Positions 52,098-62,793 of a stretch of 64,000 nt of DNA are shown piece by piece. Position 1 is the first letter of the stretch. Each line of letters starts with the position of its first letter. This stretch comes from Raillietiella orientalis (taxonomy: Eukaryota). A model generated the notes under the pieces. It did not search any database. It was not told where the DNA came from and saw only the letters and a list, made by a program, of their open reading frames with translations. The translations under genes and the position numbers were made by a program. The DNA lies in contig JAYWIR010000107.1 of NCBI GenBank assembly GCA_036172245.1, positions 62,001-126,000 on the forward strand, in the 5' to 3' direction.

Positions 52098-54989
52098 TCC
52101 CTGCTCGATGAAAAAGGCCTGGAATGCGCGGCACCAGTCAGTATTCGCCGCATAATAAAAACTTATTACTCCTCGCTATACGCGGAAGCACCAACGGCAA
52201 TTATCTTTTCGGAGATACTGCTTTCCCAGGTTGCTGCCGTAGTTAGCGAAGAGTAACGCTCACGTCTCGACGAGTCCTTCACGGAGGAGGAAATTTCCTC
52301 CGCAATAGCGAAGCTCAAGAGACGAAAAGCGCCTGGCGAGGATGTGCTGCCTGCGTAGTTTGATCAGTGCTTCCCAAGGGAGCTCGTCCCCCTGGTGCAT
52401 CGTCTCTCGTCGCTGATGAGGGTTCCGGGGAATGTCCCCAACTCCTTCCGTTCCGCGAGGGTGCGTCTCCTTCCGAAAGGTAAAGACGCACGCCATTTAA
52501 ACAACTGGCGTCCGGTCACTTTGGTGAACTCGGACGTCAAGTTGTTCTCCAAGATGTGGGTTGCGCGCCTAGGTAGAATCGCGCCGTCCTTGGTGAGCCT
52601 GGAGCAGACTTACGCTGCTCCCGGGTGATCCATTGACGCGAACCTCCTGTTTGCACGCACCTGGATGCAGCTGCAGGAGCGCGTAGCGCAGCAAAGTCGA
52701 TCCGTGACAAATGCCACTGCTAAAGGCACACGTTATCGACAGAAGCGGCAAGAGGGTACGCCGGGTGCCTTGGCGGTAGCTGTCGACCTCCACAAAACGT
52801 TCGATTGCGTGTACCAAGCGCTCCTATTGGAGCTTTTGGAACGCCTGTGTCTCCCGGCTCAACTCCTCAAGTACGTGCGTGCATGCTGGCGCCACGCGCT
52901 AACTTGCATTTGTTTTAGTGGCTGCCACGTGCACGGTATTCCCGTGCGCATGGGCATCAGGCAGGGTGACAGCTTAATCCCGTTGCTCTTCATCATCTTC
53001 TTTGAGTTGGTGCTGAAAGCGTACAGGCTGACGCTGGAATACCTGCCTAGCTCTTGCCTGGGAACGCCTGTTGTGACTGCCTATGCAGATGACCTGCTTC
53101 TTCTGCTCCCCATGTCCACCCCGGCGTCCAGTGTCGAAGATTTCTTCGATCTGATTCGTCGGGGAGCGGGCGTGGGCGTGAACAGAGAGAAGAGCGTGGT
53201 CGTTCCTGTGGGTGCGTGGTGGGAGGGGCAGTACGACTGGATCCGCCTGGGGATCCCCACGGCGGGGTACTTCAAGTACCTTTGCGTTCCGTTGGGCGAC
53301 CTCGGCGCTGCCGAGGCGTGGTCGGACTGCCTTCATGAGGCCGAGTTGGCCGCCAGCCCGTTCATGAACGGCAAGTTCACCTTGCCGGAACGGGAGGCTA
53401 TTTGGAACACCTTCGTGGCCCCCCTCCTCCGGCCGCTCTTTTTTGTCTTGAACATCCCCTATGCGGCCAAAGAGCGGGTAAAACGCCGGCTAAGGAACAC
53501 TGTCTGGGGTCCGGCGCGATCCAGGATCCGCCTGAAAGACCTCATTGCTTTACGTCGTGATGCTGGGCTTGGCATCTTGATGGAGAGTATCGGACTGGAA
53601 GTGCAGTTCAGGATGCTCGCACTTTGTGCCCAGCTATGTACTTCCCTCCTATGTGCGCCTGCGCGCATCCTCCTGAGGAGGTGTGCAGGCAGTGAAGGAT
53701 TACTTTCTTTAGTGCCTGGCTTGCGTCACAGGAAACAGAAATTTGGCTATCCTTTGAGATAAATCGCCACCCTATTGGAAGAAAGTACGTGGATTACCTG
53801 CCGCCCAATGAACTATAATGCTTGGAAGCAGGAATCCATTGATTCGCGGGCTGCATTCTTAGGAATGAGCCGTGAAGATCTTTACCCCCTGCGTCGATTT
53901 CAGCCTTGGTCACTCCAAGATGTCATGCAGGACGAGGTGAAGCTTTCCTTCTTGTCCGCCACCCCCCTTGACGAAGCACTGTCTGCCCTCGAGGCTCGAG
54001 ATGACAGTAGCCAGCCGGCAAGGTGGAAGTTCTCCAGCACCATTGCAGGAAGAACAAAACCAGTTGGCGAATGGACCACGAGCGAGCTTGCGGATGCCGC
54101 CACTCCTCGTGCTACACCAAAGGGGTTTCTTTGGTAAGGAGAAGCTCTTGGTGTTGTTCCCGAAGAAGTTATAGTCCCTCCCTGGTGTTTGGACGGTTCG
54201 GTGTTTCCCCTTGCATGGAAGCAAGGCGTTTTGCTTTTCTTGCACTAAGGATTGCGCTACAACGAGCGGCGTTATTGAGTTTCCGGTGGGGGGACTTCTC
54301 CCTACTGTGACCGGTGCGGAGCGACGGAGTCGTTCCAGCACCTTCTTATGGACTGCGGTGCCCTCCAGGAACTGTGGAGGAGGCTAGCAGCAGCTCTCCC
54401 GTCACCAGGAAACACCGCTCGAGAAGTGTTGCGACGGTTTTTCTAGACACAAGGACTTTCGATGGCTGCGACGATTTCCACTGTTGGTTGCATCCGCGCC
54501 ATCGTCACGGTCCGAAACGTGCTGGAGAATACTGGACAGCAATGTTGTGTCACCAGGAAGACAGCTGACTTCATCAGGTCGGCAGCTGCGTGGCGAGACT
54601 TATATGAAGACACAACGGAGGAGCTAACCGGTATCCATCGCCGGATCAGCAAGGGCTTAGAAAGACGAAATCGGTGATGCGCCCTCATTGTATTTTTGAT
54701 TGGTTTTTTTGTTCTCGCGTCCTTTTCCCTGTACGCTCCGCAGTCCTTTTGGTGCTAGAACTTCTGAGTTTCCCGGTAAGTGCGGAGCAACACCAATGTT
54801 CCCTGGGCCCACTCCTCTCATTTACAGTTTTTTTTTTTTTTGGCTCCCTCAGTCGTCAATGTTCTTCCGTTTTCCTAGCCTGCGTGCCAGGGGTGAAACT
54901 CCGCTGCATGTTTTCATAGTCGAGAGCTGGAAACAATTGTTTCCAGCTCGTTTATATCAATAAACGTCCCAACGTGATCGGGTGAAAAA
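52098..54989 (+). mobile_element. Family C-like copy C3 (linker to 3' end)
   Basis: DLHKTFD, GIRQGD, AYADD; protein similar to C1; terminus AATAAA-CGT-CCCAA-CGTGA-TCGGG-TGAAAAA. Confidence 0.9.
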
Positions 54990-57900
54990 TTTCAACGTTC
55001 GCCTGAAACCAGATGGGCAGAATCCCGAGCGTGACCTGGTCAACGAGGTGTGCATGCCGGTGCACACCTGTAATTTGTTGGCCAGTGCACCGTGGATGGA
55101 AGACAGCATTGACCACGTGTTTGTTGACGAGCACCTGTGCCCTCGCGTGGGCAGGTGCGGCAAGTTATTGTGCGAGCTGTCCGACCATCGCAGGATAGTC
55201 CTCCAGATCCATCCGCGCGACAGGGGCCTCCTTTCGTCAGCGTGGCGTCTCCCAGGGGACTGACTAAAGCTTTCGGACGCGGCGGAACATCTCCGCACGT
55301 TAGTACGGAGCTTCAGGCTGCGGACACTCCAGGATTGGGACCGCTTCAAGCGTTCGGTACAGGAGTTCTGCGACCAATTTCCTCTGCACTGCCTAACTAC
55401 GGGTTTTAGGACCGAAGTCCGTAACGAACTAGCCTATCTGCAGGCCCGTCATTACGCCACAACCCCCGGCATCCGCAGGCTGGCGGAATACAGAGCGAGA
55501 GCCGATAGGCAAGCCTGGCAGTCCGGAACGGCCAGTGTGCTGGACGATCAGGGCCAGGAGCACTCGGCACCCGCCCAAATTTGCAACCTGCTGCGGAGTT
55601 ACTACTACTCCCTATATGCCAAAGCACCTCCAAAGAGGAACGTCTTACGACTCCTACTTCCGGAAGGCGCTTCAGCGATCGAAGAGGAGGAGAGAAAGAC
55701 CCTCGACGAGCCTTTCACAATGGACGAGATCCTCTCGGCCATCGGAAAGCTCAAGAGGCGCAAGGCTCCAGCGGAGGACAACCTGCCCACGGAGTTTTAC
55801 CAAACTTTCGCGGCTGAGCTTACCCTCCTGGTACAGCAACTCACCTTGCTGATACGCGAGACAGGTGACGTTCCCGCCTCGTTTCGTTCGGCATAGGTAC
55901 GGCTCCTCCCTAAGGGAGGAGATCTGAGGAGCATGAACAGCTGGCGTCCCATCACAATAGTGAATGCGGACGCCAAGTTGCTGGCTAAGGTTTGGGCAGA
56001 GCGTCAGGGACGGGTTGCCAACATCTTCATAAGCACGGGACAGACATATGCTGTTCCCGGGCGAAGCATGGAGGCGAACCTGTTCCACGCTTTTACTTGG
56101 CTAGAGCTCCAACAAGAAAGGAGCTTGGTGCGCAGCCAGAATTCTGGTGCGTGCGCCGGCAAGCGGTCGGATGGTCGGGTGAAGGAGGGAGCCCTTGCAG
56201 TCGCAGTCGACTTGCGGAAAGCATTCGATTGCGTCGACGAGAATCTTCTTCTGGAGCTTCTGGAAAGCTTGGGCTTCCCGGCCTCATTAGTAGCATATCT
56301 GCGCTCCTGCTGGCGCGACGCGCTAATCAACGTTACTTTCAGCATGCAGACCGTGCACGGCATGCCAGTGCGACTTGTGATCGGGCAGGGAGACAGCCTG
56401 AGCCCCTTGCTCTTCAGTACCTACTTTGAGTTGGTACTGAGAGCGTACAGGGGAACTCTGGCGCACCTGTTGCACGACTGTGCCGGTGCGCCGGCCGTTT
56501 CAGCGCACGCGGACGACCTTCTGCTTCTGCTCCCTATGTCCACCCCGGCTTTGGTGGTCGAGGAGTTCTTCGATCTGCTGCATCCGGGAACCGGACTTAC
56601 GGTGAACACGGCGAAGGCGTCCGTGTTGCCATTTGGTGCGGCGTGGGCAGGGCAGCAGTACTGGTTCCGTTTGGGGATCACCACGGTGAGGTACTTCAAG
56701 TACCTTGGTGTGCCGTTCCGGGACTGCTCCCCTGCGGAAGCGTGGTTCTGCTGCCTCCAAGAAGTAGAGACGGCGATCGGTCCGTTCCGAGGCGGCAGGT
56801 ATTTCCTGCCTAAACGGGCCGCGGTGTGGAACACGTTCGAGGCTGGTCTCCTCCGCCCCTGCTTTTTGTTTGCCTACGCGCAGAGTGATTTAAAAAGTGT
56901 ACAAAGGACCTCCTTCGTATCGCCCTTTGGGGTAACGGGAGGGTCCGAGTCTGCTGAGAGGACTTGTGCGCTCCTCGTCTGGACGGTGGTGTGGGCCTCC
57001 TGACGCTGGAGCGGCTTTAGCTTCAGCTTCAGTTCCGAATTTCGGCACTTGTTCCAGAGTTGTGGTGTACCTGTTGGTGCGTCCCTGCACGTCTCCTCCA
57101 GCAAGCGACCGGCAAGACGGGACTGACGTCGTTTCTTGCACTCCGTCGCCGCGTCCACCGATGCGGACTCCAGCTACAAAGGGTGGCTGCTCTGTACCGG
57201 AAAAACCCAGGATTGGTCACCTGTCGCCCTTTGGACGGTAGTGCCTGGTTGCAAGGAACCGTTCGAACGTGGGGACAGTTCGGCATGCAACGCTCCCAAC
57301 AGGAACGAAGGTTCCTGTTTGGGGGTTACAGAAGTTGCACGCTCCGTGAGATCCTGGAGAATCCAAAGAAGAGAGCGCTGGCAGGAAGAACACCCTTCGC
57401 TGCTGCGCTGCTCTCCCTGGTGGAATATCTGGACAGCGATGTTGCAGCAAAGTGGGAGGTTACAGTAACAATCTCCGGGAAGGACAAGAAGATAGGAGAG
57501 TGGAAGACGGGTCAGCTAACTGACGCTGCCACCCCGAGTACGTCTTCCCATGGACTTCTTTGCTGGGGCGCGCTGCTCGACGTTCCCATTGAACGTCGAG
57601 CAACGTTCATTAGTATCCTCCGGTACTAATGAACACCTCCACTCTCCCCTTAAAATGGCAGGAGTCGACTCTCCTGTTGCAGCACTGGGGACTCCCCTGC
57701 AACGCATGCCGACACCCCTGGACCTGGGAAGCGGTGGACCCCAACTGCGTCAGGTGTGGGGAACGGGAGTCCCTCCCTCACATGCTAGTGTATTGTGTTG
57801 CCCTTCGGCCCCTTTGGTTTCGCTCCGCCGCGGCCATAGGCATCCCCTGTGGCAACCCTAGGGACGTCCCTAAAGCCCTCTTCGTTGCCGACGCCCTTCG

Positions 57901-58328
57901 GCCAGCGCCCTCGTTAGCAGCTCTGTGCTGCCTTCGCTGGATCGTCTCCGCCTGGAGCAAGGCTACGGGAGGACCACACGAGCAGGGTGCCATCCAGGCA
58001 GCCTCCCAGTTGCTGAGGAGGGCGTCGCGATGGCCCTACCTGGATTCAAACATGCAGCAAGAGCTTGCCGGCATCCTGCAAAGGATGCAACGGCCCCACC
58101 AGCAACTGTGATCCCTTTCTTTACCCTCCCAACTTTTCTTTTCTTTTTTGTTTTGTTTTTTGTTTTTCCTCCTTGCCCCTGCTGCTGTGGTGGACCGTAG
58201 CGGTCTGCGAACCGGTGACCCGGCAGGCTCTGTGTTTCCACGTCCGTGGCTGGAGCAATGGTCCAGCCACTGCACGTCTTTGTAAATGTTTATTAAACAA
58301 TAAACTCCCGGCAAAATCCGGGTGAAAA
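54990..58328 (+). mobile_element. Family B copy B4 (from APE FNVRL to 3' end)
   Basis: Homologous to B1 9669-13004; terminus AATAAA-CT-CCCGG-CAAAAT-CCGGG-TGAAAA. Confidence 0.92.
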
Positions 58329-59240
58329 TCGAACGCTTTGTGGAAGTCGACTGCGACCGCCAAGGCACCTGACGTTCCCTCCTGCCTTCTGCGCCTGTTC
58401 TTTTGGCCTGCGGCTGCGACTTTCGCCTCAGCCAGGCTTTGCTGCGCCACGACTTATTAAAGCTGCATTCAGGTGCGCGCGAAAAGGATGTTCGCCTCCA
58501 TGTATCGTCCGGAAACCGTGTAGGTTTGTTCCAGGCTTACCACAGATTCCGCGATACTTCCTTACCGCGAGACCCATGGCTTGAAAAACAACTTGACGTC
58601 TGAGTTCACCAAGGTGATCGGACGCCAGTTGTTAAGTTGGCGGTTGTCTCCGCCTTTCGGCAGGACACACACCTTCGCTGAGCGGAAGGAATCCGAGTCG
58701 TTCTCGAATTCCCTGTTCAGTGTCGCGAGTCTCAGCATCAAGGGGATGAGCTCCACTGCAAAGCACTGATAAAACTCTGCGGGGAGTCCATCCTCGCCCG
58801 CGCCTTTGGTCTCTTCAGCCCAGCAATGGCGGACGAGAACTCATCTGCCGTGAAGGGCTCGTTTAGACGTTCGCGTTCCTCCTTGCCGACGACAGGAGCA
58901 TCCTTTGACAGGAGTATCTCAGGGAAAATGTCCTCCGTCGGGGATTCCGAGTACTGCAACAAGTAGTAGCGTCTCACAATGTGGCTTTCTCTGTCTGGGT
59001 CCGGACATTTCTGGCCCTTGTCGTCCAACAGGCATGCTGTTCCGGACTGCAAGACCTGACACTGGGCCCTAGCCTTGTACTCCGCGATACTCCTGACATC
59101 CGTGCGTCTAGAAAACGTGCGAGACTGCAGAAACTCTCTGCTGTTGGCTACGCCTTCTCCAAAACCGCGTGGAAGCCATTGCAAGAAGAATTCGCAGCAG
59201 AATTTGCGCACAGATCTTCTGAGATCGTCCCAGTCCGCGA
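58329..59240 (-). mobile_element. Family C fragment C4 (linker to RT AVDFHKAF)
   Basis: Homologous to 13005-13915. Confidence 0.88.
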
Positions 59241-59987
59241 GGGAGAGCACACGGGTGTATGTTTTGCTTCCGAGCGTTAGTGGTTTCATTTTTCATATTT
59301 TTTTTGGTGTTCTAGTGGATTTGTTGGTGGCTAGGCAGCAATGGCTGAGACCATAACCAGTGATAAGAAGCAGGCGACGTCTATTTCGTCTCCTGAATCA
59401 ATGGATGTGGAGGCAACCGCCCCAACAAAAGCGTCTTTTTCGTTAGGGAGAAGCTGGCGTTCCGAGGCTGCGGCGCCATCGCCGGTAGCTGCGGCCAAGT
59501 TAAAGGCCTACCTGGAGGAGGGGTACAATCCCTCGTTTCTCTATAAGGTAGACAATTTCTACTCCTTTAAGAGTGCACGCGCTTTCTCGAAAGCGATGCA
59601 CTCTCTCGAAATTCCACAGGAGCAGCTCTTGGCGATGACCATCAGGAGCGGTGGACAGTACGTGGAAGTGATTTGCAAAAAAGCAATTCTTGCCCAACGT
59701 CTGCTCCGTACACCTGCTTCTTTGGGGAAACGCCGGCTCCTCCCCATCACGGAGGATGGATCCATCGTGATCCACCTCCTCGGAATCAACTTTCGGATGG
59801 CCAAAGAGGCTGTCCGAAATAAATTATCAAAATTTGACACGCTGCACGCGCTGTGCAAAAAGCCAACTTTGTTTTGGGAATATGATCTTCTCATATTGGC
59901 TTCCGCGCGAATCACGGTCCGCGAGGGTTGCTCCTTAACAAACAAGCTAGAGGTCAACGGAGAGCCCGTTTACATTTGGTATGTTGG
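59241..59987 (+). mobile_element. LINE 5' part (I), B-related ORF1 N-half from ATG 59341
   Basis: AYLEEGYNPSFLYKV ... ARITVREG ... IWYVG, cut by E2. Confidence 0.85.
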
Positions 59988-62793
59988 TTTTTCACCCGAA
60001 TAAGCCAGGGCTTTTATTATAAAATTTTGACATTACAAAATTTTGTAATAAAGTCTATGTTGTTAAAATTTTTCTTTATACGACGTCGAAAGTTCAGTTC
60101 AGAAGTTCAGTAGCACTTGTCCTTACCGACCCGGAGGCCGATAAGGTCCTTCACTGGCGCCGGGACGGGAAAAAAAAAAGAAAACAAAAACAAAAAAAGA
60201 AAAACGTCTGGAAGGCAATGTTTTTGGGGAGGAAGAGAGAGGGAGGGGATCACGGTGCGCCGTGAGCAGGCCTTTGCATCCGGTTTCGGATGCGAACAAG
60301 TTCTGGCAAATGTTTTTGAAGTCGGCGCCAACGGCACGCTTTCTCCAAGGAGATCGCTGCCCAGTGAATGGCATTCCGGCTGCTCCTTACTCTCCTAGAC
60401 GCGCTTTACTTCTCCAGGATACCGCGTATGCAGCACAGCACTGCTACGCTTCCGGAGGCTGGCAAGCCGTTTCGCGTTAGAAGGCGTCTGAATATATTTT
60501 TCAGGTCACCCTCCGGAATGTTGAGGATCGACGAGAGTCTGTCCCACATTTCGTGGAGGGCAACACACTCCAGAATCAAGTAAGGGAAGGTCTCCCTTTC
60601 GCCGCACTCTGCACAACTAGCATCCACATTCCCCGATGTCCAGCGAGACAGGCGTGCTCTGCTTAAAAGTCCCCAGTGGAGCAGAAGCAACGCCGTCTCC
60701 TGCCACTGCAGGGGAAGGGTGCCGTTGTCCCATCACGCTGGGGGCCACTTCACCTCCTCCGGAGGTATACCTTGTAGCGCGCCCCAGTGTAAAAGTCCGT
60801 TCGGCGGGACACTCGGGGTACTAGCGTCCGCTAGTTCCCTCGGCGTCCACGCCTTCAGTGATTTTTTCATGCATCCGATGAGACAGGACACTTCCCACGA
60901 TGCCTGTTGGTGGCTGTCACGAACTTCTCTGAGGGAGGGCAGCACTGGGGCAAGGGAAGCAAGGAAGCACACAGAAGTTTCCGTGGGTTGGAAACGATCT
61001 CCTAGAGTAGCTGACCAGCGTGCCTCCCTCTGCGGAGGCAGCAGAAGTCCTCATCGCTGGTGCCATTGATCTTCGCCCATGCGGAAGCGGACTCCTGAAG
61101 CCAGGTAGTCCAGTCCGCTGGGATGCAGGAGATCCAAACGTTGTCTCTCATCAGGGCAACCAAGTCCCGCAGCTGATAACCACAATGGTTCAGGCTGCGT
61201 TCGTTGACTACAAGGATTGAAGTCAATCCGAAGCAGCCGGTTGCCCTGTAAGCAAGAAGTCTTGCCGGTGCACACCAGGGTGCTGTCCAAAACTTTGCCA
61301 CAAGAGCAAGTTTTCTGAATTGGGGCTGTCGCTCCATGCGCTCCAACGTCAGGAGACCAAGTCCACCGTCCCAGCGTGGAGCGCACAAGTCTTTGAGCCG
61401 GAAGCGGGCCTCCGGTTGCCACAGAGGGCTTTCCGTATAAGGCCCCTATTCCGTGTCCTAATTTGGTGAGGGGTAGGGCACACAAAAAGTAGAAGGCGAA
61501 GGAGGGGGCCAGCGAAAGCGTTCCATACCGTGGCACGATCCTGCAAGTGAAACTTGCCGTCTCGGAACGGGCCGATCGCCAGCTCCACTTTTCGTAGACG
61601 GTCGGACCAGGCTTCTGTAGAGCAGAAGTCCCCCAACGGAACGCCAAGGTACTTGATGTACCTTCCCGTGGGGATCCCCAAGCGGATCCAGTCCGACCGT
61701 CCGGCCCTCGTCGAGTCGGTGAGAAGCAACGACGACTTCGTCCTGTTAACCTGGAGGCCTGTCCCACGGTATAGCAACTCGAAGAAATCCTCGAGCGACG
61801 ATGCCGGGGTGGATTCGAGAAGCAGGAGCAGAAGATCGTCGGCATAGGCCGACACGGCAGGCGTGCCGGGACACGAGCTCGGCAGAGTTGCCAAAGTCTC
61901 CCTGTATGCTCTCAGCACCCACTAAAAGTAGATGCTGAAGAGCAGGGGGTTGAGGCTGTCTCACTGCCGGATGCCAAGACGAAGCGCCACGCCGAACACG
62001 TGCCAGCTGTTGAAATTAATATTGATAAACGCGAAGCGCCAGCAGGAGCGCAGGTAGGCAAGGAAGACGGCCGGAAATTCCAAGCGTTCCAGGAGCTCTA
62101 GAAGGAGCTCCTGGTCGACGCAGTCGAAAGCTTTACGCAAATCGACTGCGATCGCAAGGGCTCCAGGCGCCGCATCTTCTTCCCGGCTTCCCTCCCCCCT
62201 GTCAATTAAGAGTCCAGGACTTTCCCGACGTAGCTGCGCCTCGCGTTATTGCAACTGTTAGATTGTGCTGGCGAGGAACAGGTTGGTCTCCATGGTTCGT
62301 CCGGGAACAGCGTATGTCTGTTCCGGACTGACCACGGAGTCCGCTACCCGTCCCAGGCGCTCAGTCAACAGTTTGGCGAGCAACTTTGCGTCCGCATTCA
62401 CTACAGTGAAGAGACGCCAGTTGCCAACGTTGCGCAAGTCTCCTTTCTTAGGAAGGAGACGTACTCTAGCTGAACGGAACGAGTTGGGGACATCCCCACG
62501 TTCACGGATAAGCATACATAGTTTTAGCACCAGGGGGGCCAGCTCTGCCGCGAAGTGTTGGTAGAAGTCAGCTGGCAGACCGTCTTCCCCTGGTGCTTTG
62601 TTTTATCCAATTTAGTAATGGCGGAGATTATCTCCGCCATCGTGAATTCTTGGAGGAAGATGTTTATTTCTTCCTCCCTCAACGCAGGAGCACCCTCTGG
62701 CAGCAGGCACTGCGCAGAGGAGCGCTCTGGTGGCCTCAGCGCGTAAAGGGAGGAATAAAAATCCCGCAGAATGCGGCAAACCTGCGCCGGTGC
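59988..62793 (-). mobile_element. Family E copy E2 (linker to 3' end)
   Basis: DLRKAFD, AYADD, ZnF; terminus AATAAA-AGC-CCTGG-CTTAT-TCGGG-TGAAAAA. Confidence 0.92.
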
